64,000 bases of DNA from Octopus sinensis (Eukaryota), in assembly GCF_006345805.1 (NCBI RefSeq), contig NC_042997.1, forward strand, positions 93,434,001 through 93,498,000, given 5' to 3'. The notes beneath the pieces were generated by a model, which saw only the letters and a program-made list of their open reading frames with translations, ran no database searches and was not told the DNA's origin. This document shows positions 58,701-64,000 of the stretch, in pieces. The position numbers were made by a program, and so were the translations under genes. Positions within the stretch are counted from its first letter, which is position 1. Each line of letters begins with the position of its first letter.

Positions 58701-60184
58701 GGATTTGGTAGACAGAAACTGAAAGAAGCCTGTTGTATATATGTGTATATATATATGTATGTGTGTGTATATGTTTGTGTGTTTGTCCCCCTAGCATTGC
58801 TTAACAACCGATGCTGGTGTGTTTACGACCCCGTCACTTAGCGGTTTGGCAAAAGAGACCGATAGAATAAGTACTGGGCTTACAGAGAATAAGTCCCAGG
58901 GTTGATTTGCTCGACTAAAGGCAGTGCTCCAGCATGGCCACAGTCAAATGACTGAAACAAGTAAAAGAGTAAAGAGTAAAAGAGAGAACATAGAAATGAA
59001 TATCATGCATTTAACAAGAAATCAATAGACTAATATTTATTTATTAATATTAAAAGCAAAGCAAAGTACCAACTCTTTCAAGACAGTACTGCTGCTCTGA
59101 AGGAATACAATTTGAAGAGACACTTTCAGACTAAGCACTGAACTTAGAATATAATTTATCAAAATGTAACTTATAACAAAAAGCCAATGATACATTGACT
59201 AGTTTAAAACACCAATAAACTTTTTGAAGTTGTTAATATATAATAATGAATAATTATATATTCAGTATTATTATTACTACAATCACTTTACCAAAAGCTG
59301 GATCTATAGCACTAGTTTAATGCCAGAAAATACTTCTGTCCCACCTCCAAAAGCTTTTGATGCTGTACAAAATTGATTGAGACTTACAATGGAATAGAAC
59401 TACACATGAACTGAAATATCCTATGCCTCATCCAAAAGAAAGCCTTTATCCCACTATCTTTTCACTCAGCCTCTTGTATCACTACAATAATGTCTAATGC
59501 ACTTCAGAGTCAGCTAATTTACTAAAGCCCTTCTATCAAAATTGTTTTCATTTTTTTCATCATCAATTTTGTGTTTTGCAAAGTAGAATTTATATTTACT
59601 CAACACATTCTCTCTTCTTCTGTATTTCTCACATTTTACCCAAGTGTCAATCTCACAGGTCTGAGAAGACCTGCAAAATTCATGGGTACAGTTCCTTTCT
59701 CAAAACCAAAACCATGAAATTAAGAATATAAAAGTATGTCATAGAATGAAAACAAGTTTCTTTTTAATGCCAGAATATGAACGATACATTTATACGAAAA
59801 AGGTGTCAACTGGTTCAACTAACCACATGCCTCTATTTATAACACATGTCAATATAAAAATGCATAAATGCATAATTGTAATTTTCTATCATGAATTTCA
59901 ATACTAACACCTTTTTTTTCTTTATTTATTTCAGAAATACACTGAAACTGAATTTTTCAAAGACATGTTTCATGATATGTTTGATGTAGATAAGTCAACA
60001 CTAATTGACAGCATCCACATGCTTAATTCAATGGATGATAAAACTCTTGGTAATCTGCGGTTGCTCCTCACCAATGTGGTTAATTATTCTTCCTGTCTAT
60101 CAAAAGAGAGATTCAAAAGTGTGTCATTTGATGAGCTTCAGAAAGAGGCCTTAAATCTAAGCAAAAGCAATGAATTTCTTGCAG
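693..60184 (+). CDS. ABCA: Partial multi-exon gene (37 exons in window, both ends outside): ABCA-subfamily ABC transporter with greatly expanded extracellular domain 1 (ABCA1/12/13-like)
   Basis: 37 exons with AG acceptors and GT donors whose phases chain into one open frame of 5720 nt. Exons 34-37 match ABCA ECD1 motifs (LVPLMCGR; [28 protein letters not shown]; SCLSKERF...NEFLAG), comparable to ABCA1 SRIVCG / [26 protein letters not shown] / ECVNLNKL..KFWAG. Many N-x-S/T sequons. Exact orthologue cannot be assigned from ECD alone. Confidence 0.9.
1813..2412. mobile_element. Inverted-repeat element (arms 1813-1972 and 2273-2412), each arm carrying a hammerhead-like motif; Penelope-like remnant
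   Basis: Arms are near-perfect reverse complements; hammerhead-like core in each; diverged homologue at about 38040-38270. Confidence 0.7.
2276..2320 (+). ncRNA. Minimal type I hammerhead ribozyme-like motif (A9->C variant)
   Basis: ggacca CTGATGC g GTCAC tggagt GTGAC GAAA g aa CTC tggcc: stem I, core, 5-bp stem II, GAAA, short stem III and CUC triplet. Confidence 0.5.
2883..3022 (+). CDS. ABCA: ABCA exon 2 (phase 1-0)
   Basis: ttctttcag| ... CTC AAG|gtaag; [14 protein letters not shown]...KSIIISPLK. Confidence 0.85.
3760..4370 (-). mobile_element. Degraded R4/Dong-like non-LTR retrotransposon fragment (CCHC + restriction-like endonuclease region)
   Basis: Minus-strand peptides [26 protein letters not shown] and [21 protein letters not shown], with frameshifts. 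Confidence 0.7.
4409..4607 (+). mobile_element. SINE family A copy
   Basis: Homology to 275-486. Confidence 0.75.
4690..5240 (+). mobile_element. Family C short element with internal ~62-bp tandem array (about 5 units)
   Basis: Units GGTGGCACATAAAAAACACCATCCGAGCGTGGCCGTTTGCCAGCCTCGTCTGGCACCTGTGTC, followed by GTTGGCGTTAGGAAGGGCATCCAGC..GGACGTTAAACGAT tail. Confidence 0.8.
5306..5521 (+). CDS. ABCA: ABCA exon 3 (phase 0-0, Cys pair)
   Basis: ctgcag|GTG..AAG|gtagg; [24 protein letters not shown]...TVCSEVF...NLIAK. Confidence 0.88.
5750..5964 (+). CDS. ABCA: ABCA exon 4 (phase 0-2)
   Basis: ttctttcag|ATG AGC..CTT AG|gtaac; [12 protein letters not shown]...EKDADKL. Confidence 0.88.
6099..6320. 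mobile_element. piggyBac-like MITE
   Basis: TTAA|CCCTTTAGCATT ... CACTAATGGG|TTAA; relatives at ~27950-28160, 35165-35380, 40790-41000, 41155-41520. Confidence 0.7.
6829..6986 (+). CDS. ABCA: ABCA exon 5 (phase 2-1)
   Basis: tctttcag|T TTA..TCA G|gtaaa; [12 protein letters not shown]...HLKNIS. Confidence 0.87.
7440..7733 (+). mobile_element. Family C degenerate copy
   Basis: GTGGCACATAAAAACACC units and GGTTGGCATTAGGAAG, (GAT)n tail. Confidence 0.65.
8268..8404 (+). CDS. ABCA: ABCA exon 6 (phase 1-0)
   Basis: tttccag|AA AGC..GAG AGG|gtatgt; [12 protein letters not shown]...QIFKDPER. Confidence 0.87.
9755..9964 (+). CDS. ABCA: ABCA exon 7 (phase 0-0, Cys pair)
   Basis: tttacag|ATT..TCT|gtgagt; [26 protein letters not shown]...RFCQDL...EFYDS. 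Confidence 0.88.
10300..10685 (+). mobile_element. Two tandem SINE family A copies
   Basis: Two head-to-tail CTGAGTTCAAA..CAACTTT..CCTTT..GTACCAGTT blocks. Confidence 0.72.
10713..11125 (-). mobile_element. SINE family B, near-intact copy
   Basis: Reverse complement of 58573-58985 with CpGs largely retained. Confidence 0.85.
11272..11471 (+). CDS. ABCA: ABCA exon 8 (phase 0-2)
   Basis: ctttcag|ATA ACT..AAT GG|gtaat; [15 protein letters not shown]...QQLQLVNN. Confidence 0.86.
12711..13227 (+). mobile_element. Family C copy with duplicated 5' segment, inserted in an older foldback element (12381-13252)
   Basis: AGTGAGGATCAGAATCGAAATCGATCAATGGAAATTGC occurs twice; (GAT)n tail; flanked by host TIRs TGCAATGTTATTACCA / TGGTAATAACATTGCA. 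Confidence 0.75.
13528..13670 (+). CDS. ABCA: ABCA exon 9 (phase 2-1; tandem CAGCAG acceptor)
   Basis: tttacag|cag|tgta..TCA C|gtaagt; [16 protein letters not shown]...MLYQLS. Confidence 0.86.
14256..14489 (-). mobile_element. Young SINE family A variant with 17-bp target-site duplication
   Basis: TCAATGTAAGAAGCACC at 14239-14255 and 14490-14506. Confidence 0.85.
14828..14966. repeat. (CT)n-(CA)n compound microsatellite
   Basis: Direct inspection. Confidence 0.95.
15282..15409 (+). CDS. ABCA: ABCA exon 10 (phase 1-0)
   Basis: long T tract ttacag|AT TTT..CAA|gtaagt; [15 protein letters not shown]...ALNEPQ. Confidence 0.88.
16396..16590 (+). CDS. ABCA: ABCA exon 11 (phase 0-0, Cys pair)
   Basis: tttttag|ATT..AAG|gtaat; [20 protein letters not shown]...LSICSIDF...VLNK. 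Confidence 0.87.
16972..17350 (-). mobile_element. RTE-like LINE 3' end fragment
   Basis: [47 protein letters not shown] ends directly in a (TGA)n tail. Confidence 0.75.
17482..17966 (+). mobile_element. Family C copy with heterogeneous internal units
   Basis: GTGCCRGTGGCACGTAAAAGGGCACC repeats with different intervening hairpins; (GAT)n tail. Confidence 0.8.
17985..18385 (+). mobile_element. SINE family B copy
   Basis: GTGGCTGTGTGGTAAGAAGC..CCTTGGGCAAGTG..GACTGAAAAAAGTAAAAG. Confidence 0.8.
18975..19171 (+). CDS. ABCA: ABCA exon 12 (phase 0-2)
   Basis: pyrimidine tract then aaaag|CGT GAT..TAT AA|gtatgt; [15 protein letters not shown]...PELENIY. Confidence 0.8.
19681..19811 (+). CDS. ABCA: ABCA exon 13 (phase 2-1)
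   Basis: cttttacag|A ATT..TTT G|gtaagt; [13 protein letters not shown]...EMYTKYF. Confidence 0.87.
20012..20333 (+). mobile_element. SINE family D (tRNA-derived) copy
   Basis: A-box TGGCTCAGTGGTTAGAGC; homologous to 31742-32068 (-) and 44028-44345 (+). Confidence 0.75.
20698..21275 (+). mobile_element. SINE family B copy with expanded central (TA)n
   Basis: Homology to other family B copies. Confidence 0.78.
21325..21422 (+). CDS. ABCA: ABCA exon 14 (phase 1-0)
   Basis: tttttcag|GA GAT..ATA|gtaagt; [16 protein letters not shown]...AMNPLI. Confidence 0.84.
22408..22808 (+). mobile_element. Two tandem SINE family A copies
   Basis: CAAGCTGGCAGAAT heads at ~22410 and ~22632. Confidence 0.78.
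22809..23413. repeat. ~600-bp (TATG)n microsatellite
   Basis: Direct inspection; source of the spurious HTYI/YVCM ORFs. Confidence 0.97.
23415..23580 (-). mobile_element. Short Penelope-like remnant with hammerhead-like motif (23507-23542)
   Basis: Minus strand: cttt CTGTAGA agagt ataga ctt GAAA cgta aaag. Confidence 0.5.
23861..24042 (+). CDS. ABCA: ABCA exon 15 (phase 0-2)
   Basis: ttcacag|AGG GAG..GTA AT|gtaagt; [16 protein letters not shown]...RDGKFV. Confidence 0.83.
25403..25464 (+). CDS. ABCA: ABCA exon 16 (phase 2-1, 62 nt)
   Basis: tttttcag|A TCA..CAA A|gtaagt; [21 protein letters not shown]; required to restore phase. Confidence 0.78.
26503..27349 (-). mobile_element. Degenerate mariner (maT/DD37D-like) transposon inserted in (TATG)n
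   Basis: TA-flanked TIRs CAGAGAGTGTTTG / CAAACACCCTG; minus-strand remnants [48 protein letters not shown] with frameshifts. Confidence 0.75.
27525..27628 (+). CDS. ABCA: ABCA exon 17 (phase 1-0)
   Basis: ttttttacag|AC CAA..GTA|gtgagt; [11 protein letters not shown]...LLNNTDV. Confidence 0.85.
28398..28612 (+). mobile_element. SINE family A copy
   Basis: Homology to family A. Confidence 0.75.
29534..29737 (+). CDS. ABCA: ABCA exon 18 (phase 0-0, Cys pair)
   Basis: cttttag|CTG..AAG|gtaaa; [20 protein letters not shown]...STFCSNFDF...YLEEK. Confidence 0.88.
29934..30094 (+). CDS. ABCA: ABCA exon 19 (phase 0-2)
   Basis: ccttacag|ATC..AAT AG|gtata; [16 protein letters not shown]...FNASSN. Confidence 0.86.
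31145..31230 (+). CDS. ABCA: ABCA exon 20 (phase 2-1)
   Basis: aacag|T TTT..ACA G|gtaaa; [15 protein letters not shown]...TSNTT. Confidence 0.82.
31742..32068 (-). mobile_element. SINE family D copy nested in a minus-strand family B copy (31525-32270)
   Basis: Minus strand has TGGCTCAGTGGTTAGAG (A box) and GAGTTCGAATCCC (B box). Confidence 0.8.
32449..32573 (+). CDS. ABCA: ABCA exon 21 (phase 1-0)
   Basis: ttttgtag|AA ATG..CAA|gttagt; [13 protein letters not shown]...VAELFKQ. Confidence 0.85.
33105..33320 (+). mobile_element. Short Penelope-like remnant with decayed hammerhead-like motif (33182-33216)
   Basis: gttt CTGACAA a GAAC tcc GTTC GAAA catt aaa; downstream CTGAGCGTCCAATAACACT shared with the 23.5-kb and 62.9-kb copies. 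Confidence 0.5.
34206..34420. mobile_element. Mariner-like MITE
   Basis: TA-flanked imperfect TIRs GGTGTGCAGAAAAATTGCTGG / CCAGGAACTTTTCTGCACC. Confidence 0.65.
34488..34609 (+). CDS. ABCA: ABCA exon 22 (phase 0-2)
   Basis: ctttcag|CTT..ACC CA|gtaagt; [16 protein letters not shown]...ILNET. Confidence 0.86.
35537..35667 (+). CDS. ABCA: ABCA exon 23 (phase 2-1)
   Basis: ttttctag|T ATT..TCA G|gttagt; [13 protein letters not shown]...QNKNFS. Confidence 0.86.
35980..36420 (-). mobile_element. Family C copy
   Basis: (CAT)n then GTCCGTTTTTCCATGC..GCTGGATGCCCTTCCTAATGCC. Confidence 0.75.
36863..36957 (+). CDS. ABCA: ABCA exon 24 (phase 1-0)
   Basis: tctttcag|AA ATA..AAA|gtaagt; [14 protein letters not shown]...LNLFYK. 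Confidence 0.85.
37237..37640 (-). mobile_element. SINE family B copy
   Basis: Reverse-complement homology. Confidence 0.72.
38752..38936 (+). CDS. ABCA: ABCA exon 25 (phase 0-2)
   Basis: tttttctag|GTG..GAT TT|gtaagt; [18 protein letters not shown]...VKCLRRRIP...NHMD. Confidence 0.87.
39587..39893 (-). mobile_element. SINE family B copy (internally deleted)
   Basis: Reverse-complement homology. Confidence 0.7.
40237..40397. mobile_element. MITE-like hairpin with ~56-bp inverted arms
   Basis: ATAGAATGGTTGTATACTGTCAAT..GTGACAGTAGGGGGTTACACC / GGTGAAACCCCCTACTGTCAC..ATTGACAGTATACAACCATTCTAT. Confidence 0.8.
40487..40614 (+). CDS. ABCA: ABCA exon 26 (phase 2-1)
   Basis: attcag|G ATG..ACA G|gttagt; [16 protein letters not shown]...ILEQRT. 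Confidence 0.85.
43450..43828 (+). mobile_element. SINE family B copy flanked by ~150-bp direct repeats
   Basis: ATTTCCCAACTGAAACAG..CAATATAT at 43298-43442 and 43829-43979. Confidence 0.78.
44028..44345 (+). mobile_element. SINE family D copy
   Basis: Homology to 20012-20333. Confidence 0.75.
44458..45080 (+). mobile_element. Degenerate SINE family B with nested minus-strand family C fragment (44657-44830)
   Basis: Family B ends and internal GGATGCCCTTCCTAATGCCAACCAC. Confidence 0.65.
45191..45315 (+). CDS. ABCA: ABCA exon 27 (phase 1-0)
   Basis: atgcag|TT ATT..CTG|gtaagt; [42 protein letters not shown], resembling ABCA1 [36 protein letters not shown]. Confidence 0.88.
45640..46425 (-). 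mobile_element. Degraded R4/Dong-like non-LTR retrotransposon fragment next to (ATT)n
   Basis: [51 protein letters not shown]; [10 protein letters not shown]; frameshifted. Confidence 0.75.
46592..46786 (+). CDS. ABCA: ABCA exon 28 (phase 0-0, Cys pair)
   Basis: tttccag|GTT..GAG|gtgagt; [18 protein letters not shown]...EILCKTNL...TIIQE. Confidence 0.88.
46898..47346 (+). mobile_element. Two tandem SINE family A copies
   Basis: Heads at ~46898 and ~47133. Confidence 0.75.
47706..48094 (-). mobile_element. Non-autonomous Helitron-like element
   Basis: Minus strand starts TCTATATATATAAAG and ends with hairpin CCCGAGCAACCCCGGG then GATACTGCTAG; inserted between A and T. Confidence 0.75.
48278..48483 (+). 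CDS. ABCA: ABCA exon 29 (phase 0-2)
   Basis: tttttatag|TTA..TCT TC|gtaagt; [15 protein letters not shown]...PQKIVS. Confidence 0.87.
49222..49588 (-). mobile_element. SINE family B copy
   Basis: Reverse-complement homology. Confidence 0.78.
50115..50672 (+). mobile_element. CR1/L2-like LINE 3' fragment
   Basis: [47 protein letters not shown] remnants; ends in (ATT)n. Confidence 0.7.
50933..51589. mobile_element. hAT-like MITE interrupted by a family C copy (51010-51412, minus)
   Basis: TIRs CAGTGATTCTCAAC / GTTGAGAATCGCTG; near 8-bp TSD ATCAAGAT / CTCAAGAT. Confidence 0.75.
51933..52066 (+). CDS. ABCA: ABCA exon 30 (phase 2-1)
   Basis: tttctcatttgaag|C ATT..AAT G|gtaagt; [16 protein letters not shown]...RIMALN. 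Confidence 0.82.
52107..52668 (-). mobile_element. Internally deleted Tc1/mariner element retaining transposase C-terminus (DD39D-like spacing)
   Basis: 26-bp TIRs CCTCTGTATGAAAAGTCTGGCTGCAT / ATGCAGCCAGACTTTTCACACAGAGG; ORF 52177-52497 [34 protein letters not shown]. Confidence 0.85.
53029..53147 (+). CDS. ABCA: ABCA exon 31 (phase 1-0)
   Basis: atttgtag|CT GTA..CAG|gttagt; [40 protein letters not shown] (ABCA ECD1 FL..L..NL.LP motif). Confidence 0.84.
53238..53385 (-). mobile_element. SINE family A 3' fragment
   Basis: Reverse-complement homology. Confidence 0.65.
53655..53849 (+). CDS. ABCA: ABCA exon 32 (phase 0-0, Cys pair)
   Basis: ctttcag|TTC..CAG|gtatg; [16 protein letters not shown]...SNHLCHLN...[14 protein letters not shown]. 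Confidence 0.89.
54621..54795 (+). CDS. ABCA: ABCA exon 33 (phase 0-1)
   Basis: ctttttcag|TAT..GGC G|gtatgt; [14 protein letters not shown]...FDSSEG. Confidence 0.86.
55430..55591 (+). CDS. ABCA: ABCA exon 34 (phase 1-1)
   Basis: ttcttaaag|AT CTG..CCA A|gtaagt; [18 protein letters not shown]...EYNSLP. Confidence 0.86.
56634..56773 (+). CDS. ABCA: ABCA exon 35 (phase 1-0), conserved ECD1 core
   Basis: ctttttaag|AT GAA..AAA|gtaagt; [47 protein letters not shown]. Confidence 0.93.
57930..58046 (+). CDS. ABCA: ABCA exon 36 (phase 0-0)
   Basis: ttttttaag|ATG..ATG|gtaag; [18 protein letters not shown]...NLTDIM. Confidence 0.88.
58573..58985 (+). mobile_element. SINE family B, near-intact copy
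   Basis: GGCGCAGGAGTGGCCGTGTGGTAAG..GGGTTCAGTCCC..TTGGGCAAGTG..(AAAGAGT)n tail. Confidence 0.85.
59935..60184 (+). CDS. ABCA: ABCA exon 37 (phase 0-1)
   Basis: tttcag|AAA TAC..GCA G|gtaag; KYTETEFF...[14 protein letters not shown]...[10 protein letters not shown]. Confidence 0.9.
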
Positions 60185-60849
60185 GTAAGATAACATTTTT
60201 TTTTAAAGACATCTCTTCTCTTCCTCACATTTCCTCTTTCATGCATTATGATTATTTCTCACTCCCCAATTCTGTCCTCACTGCCCTGCTCACTGTATCA
60301 TTGCTATCCCATAGTTCTCCACCCTCTCCGTATACCCAGGTTCTCACCAGTCACTGCATTCCCCACCCTTGCTCTCTATTCATACTTCTTTGGCAATACC
60401 CTACCACTTATATTATGACTACCATACCTTGAGGGTATGCACTGGCACTTGCCACCATCTATCTTTCTCTTCTTTTACTCTACCATCCCATCTGTTTTGA
60501 TCCCTGTTCCTTGTGAGTATGCCCTGGCTCTTTGCCACCATCTTCCTCCTGCTCTCTCTTGTACTCATGCTGTCTTTCTCTCTTTCTCTCTCTCTCTCTC
60601 TTGCTCTTCCCTCTGGCTGGGTAACCATGTATCTCTTTTACAGTTGCACATCTGTTTCTGTCTTCATTCTTGATCACTCTCTCTGTGTCTCTCTGTCTAT
60701 CCTTCTCTCTCTTTTTCTCTCCCTCTCCTTCTCTCTCTTTCTCTCGACCTCTTTCTCTGGCTTTCTCTCTCCCTTTCTCTCTCCCTCTCTCTCACCTCCC
60801 CCAATGTCCCTTCCTCTATCAAAGATTCTTTGTCTTGCAAGTTACTCTG

Positions 60850-61147
60850 CCAAAGCTGATGCCACATAAAAAGCATTCAGTCCACACTATAAAGTGGCTG
60901 GCATTTAGAAGGGTATCCAACTGTAAAACCCATGCCAAAACTGACCTTGCCTGTGTTGGTGCCACGTAAAAAGCACTCAATCTACTTTGTGGGGTGGTCG
61001 ATGTTTGGAAGGACATCCAGCCATAAAAACCATGCCAAAACAGACACAGAAGTTTGGTGCACTCCTCTGCTTGGCCAGCTCCTGTCAAATCGTCCAACCC
61101 ATGCCAGCATGGAAAATGACTGTTAAAAGATGATGATGATGATGATT
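60850..61147 (+). mobile_element. Family C degenerate copy with internal duplication
   Basis: GCCACRTAAAAAGCA..GAAGGRYATCCA..TAAAA(C)CATGCCAAAAC twice; (GAT)n tail. Confidence 0.68.
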
Positions 61148-61923
61148 TCATTGAAGATTTAGGTCACATTGTTTCAGTGAAATACCACTGAATTTCCAAC
61201 CTTAAGAAATATATATTGCCGTACCATATATAGATCTTCAAGACATATATAGATCTTTACAGCGTTTTAAAATATTGAAGAATTTAAGCTGTTGTTGCTA
61301 CTTTACCACAAGTCAGCCTTGATTAAGCAGACTTATGATCAAAGGCGATCCAGTGACAACTATCTCATTTTTTGGTATATTTAGAACTCCATTGTACAAC
61401 GTACCCTTTTCAAGAAAATTAAGTGTGATTTATAGAGGATTTGGCTTTTATTTCTCTCAAGCTGAATGATGACATGCAAAATCCTTTGTTGGTTTATGCA
61501 TAAATCATTGATACAAGATCAGGATGTGGAGATACTAATGTTTTAAATTTTGACTGAATGAATGCATGTATGAGCAATAATATTCATAAAGTAACTTAAC
61601 TTTTGAAGGGATCATCATTTTCAAAGCAAAGAAAGAAGGTGTACAGAATTTTAATTGAAGATCGATATAATAATTTTCAGTTCTTATGAAGCATGAGGGA
61701 TCTGAAAGAAATCTGCTAAGTCAAGTATTCCCGTTCTGTGTTTCAAAATTTGCATGAAGCTGTAAAATCAACTGGAAGTATTTTCGAGTTACTCATGCCA
61801 AACAAATCCTTCTTTCATTGGGTTTTTTAAAAAATGTTCATGAATATGTAGAATATTTTGTTAATATTCTAAATTTATGTCTCATCTGAAACCTTCCATA
61901 TTTCACACATAATAGTGCATAAA

Positions 61924-62601
61924 GGAGAAAATCTTAGATCAACAAATCAATCGGACCATATCTGTAGCTTAATATTATTTAATATGAAACATGATATAAC
62001 ATAACAGTTATGTGACATAACAATTCTTACGGCCGTTTCTACTTCCAATGTCATTCAGTGCCAACAAAAGAATTTCGAAAATAATATTCTTCATCTTCAT
62101 AGGATATTCAAACTAGAACATGAAGCTTCATCAGAGGGAATAAAAAAAGCATCCAAAAAGTAAGCAGAAGGAAGAGGGAATAGGAAAGAAAACATGGCCT
62201 AGAGAAGAAACCTGGAGGCCTAATATATTAACATCATATAATCTTCCATCGTAGCCTACCAACTTTGAAGCCCTATGATGGAAGATTGTATGATTTTAAT
62301 ATGTTAGGCCTCCAGGCTTCTTCTCTAGGCCATGTTTTCTTTCCTATTCCCTCTTCCTTTTGTTTACCTTTGGACGTTTTTATATTTACTCTGATGAATC
62401 TTCATGTTCTAGTCCAAATATCTTATGAAGATGAAGAATATTATTTTCGCAATTCTTTCATAGGCACTGACTGGCATAGGAAGCAGAAACAGCTGTAAGA
62501 ATTGTTATGTCACATAAATGAAATCTTATATCATGTTTTGTATTAAATAATATTAAGCTACAGATGTGGTCCGATTGATTTGTTGATTCAAGGTTTTCTC
62601 C
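61924..62601. repeat. Long foldback: ~330-bp inverted arms around an ~18-nt spacer
   Basis: Left arm 61924-62254 is the imperfect reverse complement of 62273-62601. Confidence 0.9.
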
Positions 62602-62799
62602 ATTTTCTAATTATTTGAATTTGATTCCTGATAAACTTTCGTTTATTCTGTTGTTACCTGTATTCTATGAGCATAGTGTGCCTACATACCCATGCCCAAA
62701 GATAACACAGGTAACTGATACCGATAGTAAATACAGATATTTTATCCCTTAGTCGGCTACTATAACCACTAACTCTGCTTACCTTTTATATATATATAT

Positions 62800-62935
62800 A
62801 CACATCCAAAAAATGAAGGACAAACACAAAAAAACAACAACACAAGGATGTGGTACACGTAAAGTATTAGCAGACACTCAGGGAAGAAAGGTGGTTTTAC
62901 GTTTCAAGCAAAGGTCTTCTTCAGAAACAGGAGAC
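62800..62935 (-). mobile_element. Short Penelope-like remnant with hammerhead-like motif (62894-62928)
   Basis: Minus strand: gttt CTGAAGA agacctttgctt GAAA cgta aaac. Confidence 0.55.
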
Positions 62936-62974
62936 TCAAATAATATATATAAAATTAAATTCAATATATATATA

Positions 62975-63491
62975 TCTATATATATAAAACTGTAGTTGTG
63001 TGAGTGTCTGTCTCCTACGATTTAGATTCCTAACTCCTCCCACATTTTGCGGTGCAGTTTAACCAAATTCGGGTATCTTATAGTCGTGATTAATATCGAG
63101 CCCGTCTGGCTATTAGCGCACGTCTACGATGAGTCTACGATTTTTAAAATAATTTAACATCATTTTTTATTCCATTTTAATGCATAATTTTTCGTGTGTT
63201 GATGGCGGCGGAGTTGGCATCCACGCTCAAACACCTGCACCTGTGTTTGCTTCTCCCCCTTCTTCCCTCCCTCGTGAAGCTGTGGGGAAGGGAGTTTAAG
63301 GAAATCAACGTCGTAATGCGTTGTCAAGGAGACCAGCGTTCTTTTAGAACAACGACTTCATGGCTTGAAGACACCAAAACAGAAATGGCTAAGAAAGCCC
63401 GAATTGGCATCTATAAAGGAAGTAACTCTCTAAAAATGCTTATATAGTTATTTCCCTTACAAACCCGAGCAACGCCGGGCGATACTGCTAG
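62975..63491 (+). mobile_element. Non-autonomous Helitron-like element
   Basis: A|TCTATATATATAAAAC ... CCCGAGCAACGCCGGGCGATACTGCTAG|T. Confidence 0.8.
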
Positions 63492-64000
63492 TATATATAT
63501 ACAAATTGAGATAGGGGTTGTAAATGCAACCCTCCATGGGATAACATATATCCAATATACTGCTAGTGAAGTACCCAACAAAGTTAATACATAAATGTTA
63601 AGGATTGATATTTGATTTAGATGTATTTCTCCATTTTCTTATCTTGTATGTATATATATATATATATATATATATTGTGTATATATATATAGTTACATAT
63701 GTGTGTGTGTGTGTGTGTGTTATTTTTGTTTATTCTATATTCATTTTTGATTTCTTCCAGCAATTATATTCCTGGATACTGAAGAGATGGAAGATGAAGA
63801 AAATAGGAGATCAAAGAGAGAAACTAAACCCAAAATTCCAAAACACATAAAATATGAAATACGAATGAATATTGATTATGTACCAATGACTAGAAACCTG
63901 AGAGAACAGTAAGAGCATTTGTTTAGATGCAGATTTATATAACATTTTAAGATTTTATTGCAATCATCATCATTCTGATTATAATCACTATCAGTAGCAG

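Noticed and set aside
61609-61640. Candidate next ABCA exon (G-IIIFKAKKE)
   Set aside because: Weak acceptor, no good donor, early stop and no match to the expected GIxF..YxIR motif; the next exon is probably beyond the window.

Overview
AT-rich, microsatellite- and SINE-dense animal genomic DNA; the repeat landscape looks like an octopus/coleoid cephalopod (inference). The whole window lies inside one + strand gene. I traced 37 GT-AG exons (693-60184) whose intron phases chain without a frameshift or stop, giving 5720 nt (1906 whole codons). The last exons are recognisably the end of extracellular domain 1 (ECD1) of an ABCA-subfamily lipid transporter (LMCG..., FCKQLY...[17 protein letters not shown]...FLAG). 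No TM or NBD exon is in the window, so ECD1 is at least 1900 aa. It is built from about 9 repeats of an exon cassette with phases 0-2/2-1/1-0(/0-0 Cys-pair exon). The introns hold three tRNA-like SINE families, a probable RTE-dependent element with internal hairpin arrays, R4/Dong-, RTE- and CR1-like LINE fragments, mariner relics (one with DD39D spacing), piggyBac- and hAT-like MITEs, two Helitron-like elements, long foldbacks and several Penelope-type minimal hammerhead-ribozyme-like motifs. Almost all ORFs in the supplied track are microsatellite or repeat artefacts.
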